Positions 30,545-40,866 of a stretch of 64,000 bases of DNA are shown piece by piece. Both the position numbers and the translations under genes were made by a program. Position 1 is the first letter of the stretch; every line of letters starts with the position of its first letter. The stretch lies in NCBI GenBank assembly GCA_963748215.1, contig CAVVHS010000007.1:224001-288000 (forward strand), given 5' to 3'. Origin of the DNA: an uncultured Gammaproteobacteria bacterium (GTDB lineage: Bacteria > Pseudomonadota > Gammaproteobacteria > UBA9214). A model generated the notes under the pieces. That model searched no databases. It was not told the origin of the DNA and worked only from the letters and a program-made list of their open reading frames with translations.

Positions 30545-32071
30545 TCAGCCGGTATTTTCCTGGTAGATATGAACATCGCGCTGCGGGAACGGAATGGATA
30601 CATCTTCGGCATCGAAGCGGCGCTTCACTTCTCGCGTAATATCCCAGTAGACATTCCAGTAATCCTGAGGCTTGACCCAGGGGCGGCAAATGAAGTTGAC
30701 CGATGAGTCTGCAAGCTCGTGAAGCTTCACGATGGCTGCCGGCTCTTTCAGAACCAGCTGGTGTCCGTTGACAATCTCTTCCAGGATTTTCTGTGTCTTG
30801 TCGATATCATCGTTATAACCGATACCAAACACCATATCCACGCGGCGCTGTGAAATGCCTGTGATATTGGTAATGACGCCACCCCAGACTGAATTATTGG
30901 GAACGATAACAAGCTGGTTGTCAGGCGTTCTTAATTGTGTCGATAGCAGGTTCATTGACTCGACCTTGCCGAGAGTTCCCGCCACATTGATCGTGTCACC
31001 GGTATCAAACGGTCGATAAAGCAGCATCAGAATGCCGCTGGCAAAGTTGCTCAGTGAATTCTGCAAAGCAAACGCAATCACGAAGCCGGCGGCGCCGATG
31101 ATGGCGAGTACCGGCCCGATGTTGATTTCCAGTGCGGACAGTCCGACAAAGAAGCCAACGAACAATACCAGTCGACGCGCGCTCATCACCAGGAACTCGC
31201 TTAACAAAGACGAGAAGTTCTTCGACCTGGAAGCTGCCTTTCGTGCGGCCTTTCCGGCAACGATCGAGAGCAGATAAAACACGATCACGATAACAATAAA
31301 CTGGATAATGTTGACGGCCCACCGAAAGCCGCCTTCGGGCGACATCAGCCAGCCGGTGATCGTTGTCCATGTCGCGCCGGCATCGGTTACATCAACCTTG
31401 ATACCGGATACGGCCCTGATGTAACTGTCGTATTCTTCGGTATCGCCGCCCTTGGCTGTCAATTCAGCCAGAACAATATTAAACCGGTCGGTCAGTGCGG
31501 TTCTCTCTGCCATCAGGGCGGTGACGTGTTTGATCAGTGCAGTCTTGATATCTGCCTGAATTTCTTTTGTTGTCTCTGCAGTACCGACAGGCTGGCCTTC
31601 CTCCTTTGCCTTGCGTTCCACGGCCTTGATTGCTTCCTGCACCGAGCTGTCCTGAGACGATTTCGTCAACAGCGTCTTTCGCTTCCTGCAAGGCCTGTTC
31701 TGCGTTACGGGCAGCTTTCTGCGCCGCTTCAGGCTCGGCTTCGGTTGCGTTTTTTACATCCTCGAGCGTCGACTCGGCTTCACTGGCCTTTTTTATCTCT
31801 TGCTTCTTGTAGATGGCGGCCACTTCGGCGTTGCTGATTTCTGTTACCTTGTCCTTCAGCAACAGAAGCCATGCCTGTGCCTCAGCTTCCAGCTCGCATT
31901 TTGTCAGAGGTTTGACTCGATGGGACAGGACCTCCAGTGGCACCTTCACGTCCGTATTGGTGACCGCCTGGATGTCGGTGGGGCAGTCATTGGCAAAAGT
32001 CATACCGACAGCATGGTCAACGCGATTGCCGACCACACCTGCCGGTTCCAGGTAACAAAGCGCTTTTTCAT
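30545..32071 (-). pseudogene. mscS: MscS family mechanosensitive channel with N-terminal periplasmic extension; two apparent frameshifts (about 32005 and about 31660)
   Basis: FALQNSLSNFASG, RPF..GD, RRVDMVFGIGY and IPFPQRDVH; the signal-peptide ORF from ATG 32071 stops early and coding continues in 31479-32036, then 30545-31669. Confidence 0.75.
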
Positions 32072-32319
32072 TGAATTCGATCTCCAGGGACTCTTGATCC
32101 GTGCGTGATTCGTGTTCGTTCTGGCGCGCATTATGAAGTATTACAGGTAGCAGGTCACGGCTTCGGATCTGCGCAACAATCTGAAGTCATGGGAAATATC
32201 TCGATAAACACCGTGTATTGATTGTTTATAACCGGTATTTCGAAACGAATTCCGAACTCGGGTTGTGTGACCTGGGCGGCAACTCAGGACGCATCGAAAC
32301 ACTGCGTAGTCTGCGGGTC

Positions 32320-32605
32320 GGGTCGGACCTCCCGATTATATTGAAAAACATGAAAGTAATCGGAGAATAGATCGCTATTCAAGGCCCTGGAAGGCCTGTT
32401 CCAGGCATGAAATGGCAGCTTTAACGAGCGGCATCATTCCGTGTGAAAACGTTATTTCCAGGTCCGGGCTGGTATGACCTGCAGCCCCGTACCCACGGAC
32501 GTTAGCGCATCGGTTTCAGGGGGAAAATGCGTGTGATAAGCGCCTGGAACACTGCATTTATAGGAAAATATTCATAAGAAACAGAATGTTGAGGAGGTCC
32601 GACCC
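32320..32605. mobile_element. MITE-like element family B, copy B2 (286 bp)
   Basis: Same 13-bp TIR and similar interior as B1, same orientation. Confidence 0.75.
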
Positions 32606-32623
32606 ATTTGGCCCTTCTAAATC

Positions 32624-33101
32624 CTACAGCAGCAGATCTTCTTCAATTGGATGATAGATGCCGGCGGCATCAACAAGCGAATTGGCTGTGAGTGCAGGCA
32701 CGCCATAGACTTCAGTGCTGACGCCGTACTTCTTGCTTGAGCCTGTCCAGTAACAGGTCAAAGTCACCGTCTCCGGAGAGTAAAATCAGCGTGTCGACGT
32801 CGCTTGCGATTTCCATGGCGTCAATGGCAATACCAACGTCCCAGTCACCCTTGGCGGAACCGTCACTGCGCTGAATATAGGGCTTGAGTTTTACTGTGAA
32901 GCCGATGTCCTTGAGGGCATTCTGGAATTTGAGTTGCTGGCTGTCGCCGCGATGAATGGCATAGGCGGTTGCAGATATGATTTCTCCTGCAGCGCTTATC
33001 TGTTGCCACAGTTTCCGGTAATCGAATTGGCGACCATAGGCCTGGCGCGTGGTGTAATAGATGTTCTGGACATCTGCAAGAATGGCAATTCGTTTCGACA
33101 T
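32624..33101 (-). pseudogene. NYN domain (LabA/DUF88) protein, frameshift at about 32735
   Basis: DVQNIYY, KGDWDVGIAID and SGDGDF; the natural C-terminus KYGVSTEVYGVPALTANSL...LLL* is in an alternative frame ending at 32624. Confidence 0.75.
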
Positions 33102-33343
33102 GGGACAAAGATAACACGGCATGGCCCGGGCACGTCGTAAACGGACGCAGGGTCATGCCGGGCTGTAGCAGCTATTGCATGGTGGGTGTGTTCAGGGCTG
33201 GCATATTGCTGGACATCCGTTACACCGGGGGAGAGCGGCGGGGTGTTTAAAATGATCGCGGATGGGATCCGCTCCTACAGGGTGGTTATATGCCAGGCCC
33301 CGGTTTTCGCGAAAAAACCAGGATCAGATCCCGATTGTTGCTG

Positions 33344-33712
33344 TTATCTCAGGATGAGGGTTTTCTCGTATTTCATGGGTTTCTTTTCGTAAACCAGGTT
33401 CAGCTCCCTTTCGAAGCTCACCTTGACGATAAACGTTTCGCCGTCCTGCGTTACCTTGAAGCTGTCCCTCAGGTCATCCAGCTGGTTCATGTTCAGCTGC
33501 TTGTCGATCATGTCCTCGAGTACCCTCGTGCTGCTGACGGGCGTGACTTTATGGGCGTTTTCGATGTTGTCCAGGATGGAATCCACGGTGCCGGCCTCCA
33601 TGTATTGCGGGATATACTGAAGCCCGATGTAGACGCATGCGCCGATGATTGCCAGGATGATGATCGTGACGATGCCGGAAGCACCTTGTTGCGTTTTCTT
33701 GCTGGTGTTCAT
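33344..33712 (-). CDS. DUF4845-like protein (pilin-like N-terminus)
   Basis: QQGASG followed by a hydrophobic helix, P.YME and V.FERELNL. Confidence 0.65.
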   Translation of the reverse strand: MNTSKKTQQGASGIVTIIILAIIGACVYIGLQYIPQYMEAGTVDSILDNIENAHKVTPVSSTRVLEDMIDKQLNMNQLDDLRDSFKVTQDGETFIVKVSFERELNLVYEKKPMKYEKTLILR

Positions 33713-33900
33713 AGTCACTTGTCCTTTTTTGCACAGTAGCCCAGTGTAACAGGAAGAATGACAGGCGGCATGTTACGCACTGTTTCCGTGCACATTTTAA
33801 ACATTCCGGACCCGGGCGCAACGATTCAATACTTCACGCCGGCTTCACCCGGGAATATGCTACGGATCAGGGATAAGTGACCAGGTCTTCAGACAAATCC

Positions 33901-34605
33901 ATGCATATAGACGCGGAAGAAATCGGACTTAGCTGTCCCGAAACCGGGATATACCATCGCCTGCTGGCGCTGGATGGAAAACATATCCTGGAGCTGGGCT
34001 GTGGCAGTGCTGCAATCACCCGCGACATCGCGACCGCCGGTGCCGATCGTAAAATCACGGCGCTGGAAGTTGACGAAATCGCCCATGAAAAAAACCTGCA
34101 GATAGAGGATTTACCCAATGTGACGTTCGGCCTCGCCGGAGCGGAGGATATCCCGCTGGAAGACGAGTCGGTCGATGTGGTGTTTATGTTCAAATCGCTG
34201 CACCACGTGCCAGTGGATCTGATGGACCAGTCGATGCGGGAAATTCGGCGGGTGTTGAAGCCGGGCGGGCTGGCTTACATATCCGAGCCGGTCTTTGCCG
34301 GTGAATTCAACGAGATCCTGCGGTTGTTCCACGATGAAAAACAGGTTCGCGAGGCCGCGTTCAGTGCTGTGAAAAAGGCGGTTGACGGGGGGTTGTTCAG
34401 CCTGGTCGAGGAAATATTCTTTAATTCACCGATGCAATTCGAAAGCTTCGCGGATTTTGAAAACAGAGTCATCAGGGCCACGCATACCGAACACAGGCTC
34501 GATGAGAAACTCTATGACCTGGTCAAACAACGCTTTGAAGCCCACGTCGGTGATGATGGCGCCCACTTCCTGATGCCGGTGCGCGTGGATCTGTTGAAGA
34601 AGTAA
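33901..34605 (+). CDS. Class I SAM-dependent methyltransferase
   Basis: ILELGCGSA, SVDVV...SLHHV and RVLKPGG. Confidence 0.9.
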   Translation: MHIDAEEIGLSCPETGIYHRLLALDGKHILELGCGSAAITRDIATAGADRKITALEVDEIAHEKNLQIEDLPNVTFGLAGAEDIPLEDESVDVVFMFKSLHHVPVDLMDQSMREIRRVLKPGGLAYISEPVFAGEFNEILRLFHDEKQVREAAFSAVKKAVDGGLFSLVEEIFFNSPMQFESFADFENRVIRATHTEHRLDEKLYDLVKQRFEAHVGDDGAHFLMPVRVDLLKK

Positions 34606-34689
34606 ACGGGGGTTTATACCCGTTTGCCGCCGGTATCAGGGATAATCGTGATCTGGCCCCTTTGTTCAATCCAGGATATCGATACCTCT

Positions 34690-35073
34690 ATGAATTTGAA
34701 TTGTTTCTTCTGCAACCTGGATCAATCGCGCGTCCTGGATAGTAATGAACACTGTTTCATGATCCGGGATGACTTCCCTGTTTCACCAGGACATGCGCTG
34801 GTGATTCCAAAACGGCATGTCGGCTCGTTTTTCGAACTCAATCCGGAGGAGCAGCAGGCGCTGCTGGCATTGCTCGATTCCGCAAAAAGGTCTCTGGATG
34901 CCGAATGTCAACCGGATGCCTATAACATGGGCCTGAACGACGGTCCTGCCGCCGGGCAGAGCATCCCGCACGTACATTTTCACCTCATCCCGCGTTACGC
35001 AGGGGATTGCGATGATCCCCGGGGCGGTGTGAGGTGGATAGTGCCTGGCAAGGCCAGGTACTGGGCGGATTGA
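34690..35073 (+). CDS. HIT family hydrolase
   Basis: CFFC, PVSPGHALVIPKRH and AGQSIPHVHFHLIPR. Confidence 0.92.
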   Translation: MNLNCFFCNLDQSRVLDSNEHCFMIRDDFPVSPGHALVIPKRHVGSFFELNPEEQQALLALLDSAKRSLDAECQPDAYNMGLNDGPAAGQSIPHVHFHLIPRYAGDCDDPRGGVRWIVPGKARYWAD

Positions 35074-35155
35074 TGTCGCTTGCGGCTGTCAGTCAGCAGG
35101 CAGGGTCCGATTCAGGTTGGCGCTGATATCCGGAATTATCGGGATCTGACCCTGC

Positions 35156-36229
35156 TTATTCACCGGTGGTAGTCGACGCATCCCGGGCCCTGGTCAGTTC
35201 CCGGCGGCAGGCGGCCAGCTGCTCCTGCAGTCCATCGCGTTCGGTAACCACGGCGGTCATGTCTGCCAGCAGTCCATCGCGTTCGGCAGTTACGGTAGCG
35301 AGGGTATGACCTGTGTTCCGCAGCAGGGTCTTCTGGTTCTCCATTTGGGCCTTGAGTTCGGTCAGCTCGGTATTGGACGCCTCGGCTTGTGCCCTCGCTG
35401 CGCTGAGAAGCGGGTCGGAGCTGATGGCCCCGGCCTGCGCCTGCGGGGCGGCTGGTGTTTCAGCTTGCGAGGTGGTCAGATGCTCATCGGGGCTGGCAGA
35501 CTCGCTGGTCAGGCTGTCGTGTTTCGTCGTCCGTGTCCGTCCGGTATTCTGCAGCGTGGTCCGCTGGCTCTCCAGCCGGGTTTTAAGATCGGACAGCATG
35601 CTCTTGAGCGAATCGGCCTGTGCCATGGCTTTGTCGAGTCGCTGGCTTGAAAGCATGTTCCCGGACTGCGCCTGCTGCAAGGTCTTCATGGCAGTCTGAT
35701 GTTCAGTCTGTAATGCAGCAAGCTGCTTGTGCCGGCTGGCAAGGGCATCGCGCAGCCGTTCACGTTCTGCAGTCAGTTCTGTCACATGCGCCTGTAAGGC
35801 CTGTTGCTCGTTACTGATGATTGCCAGCTTTTCGTTGAGCGTTCGTTCTGCTTCCAGACTTTGCTGAAGCCTGAGGTGAGACTGCTCGAGCGTTGCGTTT
35901 GCCGTGTCCAGTTCCGCAGCCTTTGCTGCCAGTTGTTCCCGGGTCTGTTCGAGTTCCGCGTTGAGGGGATTTTCAGCTGGCGTGGTCGGGACGGCCCGGT
36001 ATTGCCCGTACGGCGGGTAGAAAGACGGCTGCTGGCCATACGCCGGTGGGGTCATCGGCCACGGTGGCGGTGGATGCCAGCCCGGCTGATAACCGCTTAC
36101 GGGTGCAGCTGTCTGCGTGGCAGGTGCGGCTGACCCGTTTGGCATTGCCTGATCCGACCAGGCATTTTCGACCGCGATACCGATCAGTGTGGCTGCAACA
36201 AGGGCATTGATTGACAGCGATTTGTACAT
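35156..36229 (-). CDS. Secreted coiled-coil protein with a Pro-rich N-terminal segment and internal repeats
   Basis: Signal-like N-terminus, PPPPWP region and long heptads; repeated segments (AQA...LK...E.Q.T.L.NTG twice; V.TERDGL-type twice). Confidence 0.65.
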   Translation of the reverse strand: MYKSLSINALVAATLIGIAVENAWSDQAMPNGSAAPATQTAAPVSGYQPGWHPPPPWPMTPPAYGQQPSFYPPYGQYRAVPTTPAENPLNAELEQTREQLAAKAAELDTANATLEQSHLRLQQSLEAERTLNEKLAIISNEQQALQAHVTELTAERERLRDALASRHKQLAALQTEHQTAMKTLQQAQSGNMLSSQRLDKAMAQADSLKSMLSDLKTRLESQRTTLQNTGRTRTTKHDSLTSESASPDEHLTTSQAETPAAPQAQAGAISSDPLLSAARAQAEASNTELTELKAQMENQKTLLRNTGHTLATVTAERDGLLADMTAVVTERDGLQEQLAACRRELTRARDASTTTGE

Positions 36230-36348
36230 GATATGCTCCGGATACCTGGGGGTAGAACCCGATTGTTCCTGATTGCAGCGGTTATCGGGATTATCCCCGT
36301 TGATCTCCCTGTTCGATGCGGTTCGCAGGCTCACCGTATCCTGCAGGT

Positions 36349-38226
36349 CTATGCTATCGATCTGCGGACTTGTAGCGCGCCAGGCAGGTCCTCGATGCGT
36401 TGTTCAAGCGCGCCGGCGGCGTCGGCCGGGACGGCGCCGGTGGTCAGTAATACCAGTAGCAGGTCCTCGGGGGCGTCCTGAGCGTTCAATTCCTTTTTCA
36501 TCGACGCGTTGAGGCGTTCGACCTGGTAGGCCATACGTTCCGCCTGGCATTCCGCGGGAGACTCCAGCTCCAGCAGGACTTCCAGCTTGAGGCAGGCGGC
36601 CTGTTTTGCTGCCAGGTTGCTTGCCAGTGTGGTGTCGTCCGGGCGGGCGAGCACCTGTCCGAAGCGCTGCTCCATGGCCGCGGCCCGGTCGCCGGCAAGC
36701 GCGGGCAGGGTGTCCCATTCGGCCTTGACAGCCTCCGCAGCGATCGCACTGCCGGCCAGGGTGGCCTGTTCCCACTGGCTGCACAGCGCGGCGCGCCGGG
36801 CGAGATTGTCGAGTTCGGAGGACTGGGCCCGGGATTCCGCGGCCTTGAGTGCCTTGGAGAATTGTTTCTGTGCGTCGCGCCACTTGCGATTCAGGCTGTC
36901 TTCCTGGCCGCGGGGTATCCAGCCAATGGCATCCCAGCGGTCCCTGATCCGGGCGAGTGTTGAGGCGCCGGCGAGCAGTTCCTCGTCACCGGCGGCAGCG
37001 GAGCGGGCCAGTTCCTCGATCAGCGCCTGCTTCTGCTTCAGGTTTTCATTGCGTTCGGCAGACTGTTCGTTGCGTTCGGCATCGCGGCGCTGGTAGCTGA
37101 CATCGCAGGCAGCCTGGAAGCGTTTCCACAGCCTGTTTTCGAGCGCGCGCTTTTCGACGACTGTGATCTGCCATTGTTTTTTAAGTGCCTCCAGCCGGTC
37201 AAGCGCGTCGCGCAGGTTGCTCACTTCACCCAGTGCCTCGATGTCGGCAACGAGTTTTTCACGTGTTTTGAAGGAGCGCGTGCGTTCGCGGGACAGGTGG
37301 TCATCGTATTTTTCAAGCGCCTCACCCAGTGCCCTGGCAAGCGGCTTGCGATGCTTGTGATCGACATTGCCGATTTTCTGGAAATCGCGGCGGGACTGGC
37401 TGATGAATTTATCAATGTCCCGCCAGTCCGGCTGTTTCCAGTCGGTTGACTCGAAGCGTGCGTTCAGGCCGTCGATAATGGCCTGGCGTTGCTTGAGGTT
37501 TTCCGTGCGTTGTTGCTTGAGCTTTTTGAAATGTGCGACGCAGGGTTTGTAGGCCGTTTCACAGGCATGGTCAAAGGTTTTCCAGAGCGCCTTGCCGGCA
37601 TTGTCGCCGGACTTGTCCCAGGCATGCCATTGATCGCGTGCCTGCTGTATGCGCCTGGCGAGTTGTTCCGGCGGCAGGCCCGACTCTGTCAGCTGCGTGA
37701 CCTGGTTGATGAGTTCCTGTCTTGCCTGGGTGGTGCCCCAGTGGCGCCAGGATTCGAGCTCATGCAGCTGCGGGTGTACCTGCTGCAGCCGTGACTCGAT
37801 ATCGGCCCAGCGCTGTTCGGAAAGGCCCCGGATATTGCCCTTGATCGACAACAACCTGTTCTTTGCGCGTTCTGCCTTCTGCAGTTCCTTGTCCCTGACA
37901 GCCGCTTCAAGTTCGTCCATCAGCCCAAGCGCTTTTTCATAGTCGCGGTTGCGGCGCTCCACCTGTTTGTTGATGCGTGCGCGCAGCGATTCCAGCCCGG
38001 TATCGATATCCGCATCCAGCGCGCTGTCACCCGCCTGTTCTTCCTCGCCGGCATCAGGCGTGCCGTCGGTGTTGCGCAGCGCGTCGAGCGCCTTGCGTAC
38101 TTTTTTGGCGCGCGCTTCGTCTATGACACCGGATGCCTCGCGCAGGGCGTTGATTTCGTCGAGAATTGCCTGTCGATTCACGAGTTTGTCGGCTTTCTGT
38201 GGTTTGCTCATGGTGGGGGCGGTCAT
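36349..38226 (-). CDS. DUF349 domain protein
   Basis: Repeated W...G...LW.RF..ACD and ENL..K..L motifs; C-terminal LESP......RMAYQVERL. Confidence 0.8.
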   Translation of the reverse strand: MTAPTMSKPQKADKLVNRQAILDEINALREASGVIDEARAKKVRKALDALRNTDGTPDAGEEEQAGDSALDADIDTGLESLRARINKQVERRNRDYEKALGLMDELEAAVRDKELQKAERAKNRLLSIKGNIRGLSEQRWADIESRLQQVHPQLHELESWRHWGTTQARQELINQVTQLTESGLPPEQLARRIQQARDQWHAWDKSGDNAGKALWKTFDHACETAYKPCVAHFKKLKQQRTENLKQRQAIIDGLNARFESTDWKQPDWRDIDKFISQSRRDFQKIGNVDHKHRKPLARALGEALEKYDDHLSRERTRSFKTREKLVADIEALGEVSNLRDALDRLEALKKQWQITVVEKRALENRLWKRFQAACDVSYQRRDAERNEQSAERNENLKQKQALIEELARSAAAGDEELLAGASTLARIRDRWDAIGWIPRGQEDSLNRKWRDAQKQFSKALKAAESRAQSSELDNLARRAALCSQWEQATLAGSAIAAEAVKAEWDTLPALAGDRAAAMEQRFGQVLARPDDTTLASNLAAKQAACLKLEVLLELESPAECQAERMAYQVERLNASMKKELNAQDAPEDLLLVLLTTGAVPADAAGALEQRIEDLPGALQVRRSIA

Positions 38227-38495
38227 AATCGGGTGCAGGTTGTCATTGAGGATGGTTACGTCAAGCAAGGGATCGGGAGACAGTATACTAAGGATGCGCT
38301 GGATAAGTCCTCATTGTGTATAGCAGGGGGATCGGTATGATTTCCGGTCATTGAGTCGGGATTGCCGGGTCACTGCGTACCCCGCAATGGCGACACACCC
38401 CTGCGACGACGGCATGGCGGGGATTAATCCGGAATAATCAGGATTCGGGCACGGTTGACTGGGTCGCCGGGTACCGGGAGATAAAGGAAATTCTG

Positions 38496-39035
38496 ATGGC
38501 GAATTCGTTTGGAGACCAGTTTCTCAAGGCCGGCCTGGTGAACAAGACCCAGCTCGAGAAGGCGCAGAAGTCGAAGAGCAAGCGGCAGAAACTGAAGCAG
38601 AAGCAGAAGGTCGAGGTGGTCGATGAGGCGGCGCTGGCTGCCCGGCAGGCCGCGGCAGAGAAGGCGGCGCGCGATCGCGAACTCAATCGTCGGCAAAAGG
38701 AAGAGGCCGGGCGCAAGGCGGTGCAGGCACAGGTGCGTCAGCTCATCGAACTGAACCGCTTGCCGCGCGATGACGGCGAGGTTGGTTACAACTTCCAGGA
38801 TGGCGCCGCGATTAAAAAGATTTTCGTTTCGGCGGATGTCCACGACAGGCTGGCGCGCGGCCTGCTTGCCATCGCCAGGCTCGATGACCGTTACGAGGTG
38901 ATCCCGTCGGTCGTGGCGGAAAAGATCATGCAGCGCGAGGCATCCAGCATTGTCAGCCATGCGGAGACGCAGCATGAGGGCGGGGAGGACGATGCCTATG
39001 CCGACTACAAGGTGCCCGATGATTTGATGTGGTAA
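38496..39035 (+). CDS. DUF2058 (YaiL-like) protein
   Basis: DQFLKAGLV start, YNFQDG..IK and YADYKVPDDLMW end. Confidence 0.88.
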   Translation: MANSFGDQFLKAGLVNKTQLEKAQKSKSKRQKLKQKQKVEVVDEAALAARQAAAEKAARDRELNRRQKEEAGRKAVQAQVRQLIELNRLPRDDGEVGYNFQDGAAIKKIFVSADVHDRLARGLLAIARLDDRYEVIPSVVAEKIMQREASSIVSHAETQHEGGEDDAYADYKVPDDLMW

Positions 39036-39140
39036 GTGATGACAGGGGAGAGGGCGTTGTTCTTTTGCAGGGCTTGATCACCTGGGGTGTCGGTATCAAG
39101 CGGTATGGGAGTTCCTATAACCCAGGATTGTTCACTGCGC

Positions 39141-39323
39141 TCATTCTGCGGGCTGGTCGTCCTCGTCATCGGTCATGACATCGATGGCGGCACCGGTTAC
39201 CTTGAATGGCACCTTGGCGGTTTCGACGGCAAGCGTCGTTACGGCGCCCACCGCGGTTCCGACAACCATGGTCGTACAGCCCTGTAACATCAGTATCGCA
39301 AGCAGGAGTGGTATGTTTTTCAC
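39141..39323 (-). CDS. Small lipoprotein
   Basis: 60 aa; lipobox LQGC and AKVPFKV.GA motif. Confidence 0.7.
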   Translation of the reverse strand: MKNIPLLLAILMLQGCTTMVVGTAVGAVTTLAVETAKVPFKVTGAAIDVMTDDEDDQPAE

Positions 39324-39642
39324 CTGTCGGTTCCTCTGGCAGTGAATTGCCGGAACTGCCCCGTGACTTCTGCGCAGTTCCCTGACTTACTCTAGATAAA
39401 TCCACGTCTTGTCGTTGTGACCGATCACTCAGGTTAGCGGTGGGTGCAGGCTATTCCTGAAAATTTCCGGCCGTGCGGTGCCGGCTGGGGTCGTGGCGGT
39501 CCCGCTGTCGCCGGCATCATGTTCATCGTCATCGCCAGGTACAGGGTATGGCTGAGGTCAATGCTGCAGGTGTGGTATTGTCGCCGCGCCGGACAGGTCT
39601 GACGGTGATTCGGGACGAGTCAGAACAGGTGCCGGTAAACCT

Positions 39643-39758
39643 TAGGGAACCTCTGATTCATTCGTCATGCCGGCGCATGCCGGCATCCAGGCTATTGAAA
39701 ACACTGGTTCCCGGCATGCGCCGGGATGACGATGAGTGAATTAATCAGAGGTTCCCTA
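39643..39758. mobile_element. MITE family C, copy C2
   Basis: Perfect 16-bp TIR TAGGGAACCTCTGATT / AATCAGAGGTTCCCTA (TTAG...CTAG ends) enclosing an R5 doublet. Confidence 0.75.
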
Positions 39759-39774
39759 GTTAATGAGTGACGTC

Positions 39775-40002
39775 ATGCCCTATAAAAATCTTTCAGAGCT
39801 TCCCGACAGCGTCAGGGAACACCTGCCCAGGCATGCCAGGGAGATTTACCTGGCGGCCTTCAATAATGCGTGGGAAGAATATCGCGACCCCGGGGACGAG
39901 CGCGGCAAGGCGTCCCGGGAGGAGCTTGCGCATAAGGTCGCCTGGGCGGCGGTCAAGCAGTTGTACGAGAAGCGGGGCGATACGTGGCGCCGCAAGGGGT
40001 AG
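39775..40002 (+). CDS. chaB: ChaB family protein
   Basis: MPY...ELPDSVREHLP.HA.EIY.AAFNNAW and AHKVAWAAVK..Y.K. Confidence 0.9.
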   Translation: MPYKNLSELPDSVREHLPRHAREIYLAAFNNAWEEYRDPGDERGKASREELAHKVAWAAVKQLYEKRGDTWRRKG

Positions 40003-40178
40003 GCGTTCGACAATAAACGACACCTGCGGGCGCGGGCCGTGTTCGATATCTGTCTGATAAATCCATCGCGCATGAGATGCGCTCCTGCAACTATAAGATA
40101 AACCTGCGGGATCGGGGCGTGTCCGTTCTGTTTGATGAACCCGTCGCGCATGGGATGCAGGCTGCCGGGGAGGCAGTC

Positions 40179-40565
40179 CTAGGCAAAGCGCTGTTCAAGG
40201 TATTTGATGATCGCGTCTGACTCGTAAAGCCATTTCGCCCTGCCGTCCGCCTCGGTAATCCGCAGGCAGGGGACCATGATCTTGCCGCCGCATTTCAGCA
40301 GTTGCTTGCGGCTGGGTTCGTGGTTGAGGGCGTCGCGGGTCTCTATGTTCAGCGACAGGCGCTTGATGGCGCGCCGGGTCTTGATGCAGAACGGGCAGGT
40401 GAGGAACTGGTACATGACGAGACCTTTCGTCTGCTCGTCGATGCGTTGCTGATCGGCGGGTTCGCGCTCCATACCACGTGGCGCGGTCAGCCGGTCAGCC
40501 AGCAGCAGGATCGGTCCGACGATGGTGTGCACGAGTTTGAAAAAGTAGCGAATGATGAGTTTCAT
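40179..40565 (-). CDS. Glutaredoxin-like protein
   Basis: YQF.TCPFCIK, GGK..VPCLRI and WLYES.AII.YL. Confidence 0.88.
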   Translation of the reverse strand: MKLIIRYFFKLVHTIVGPILLLADRLTAPRGMEREPADQQRIDEQTKGLVMYQFLTCPFCIKTRRAIKRLSLNIETRDALNHEPSRKQLLKCGGKIMVPCLRITEADGRAKWLYESDAIIKYLEQRFA

Positions 40566-40866
40566 AGTGTGGTTCCGTTAAACAAGGCCCGATGGGTGAA
40601 CGGGGCCGGGTTGCAATCCCGTTATTGTGCATCATCCGGCGGGTTCCGGCACGGCGTCATCGCGAGTGGAACGAAGCAAGCTGTTGACTTCATGTGCAAT
40701 CAGCGGGTGATTCCTGCATTGCATGGTTCCGGCATGGCCCGGGCCAGTCTCTCGATCGCCGGGCGATCCCGCCTGCTACCGCCTCGTTCTGCTCCGGGAA
40801 TCCTGTTGCTGTGCCCGAAGGGGGTGTGAGTATAGCAGAAAGGGTGTCGACTCCTGTGATGCGGGG

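Noticed and set aside
39420-39640. Short ORF 39473-39739
   Set aside because: No RBS or motif, and it runs into MITE C2.
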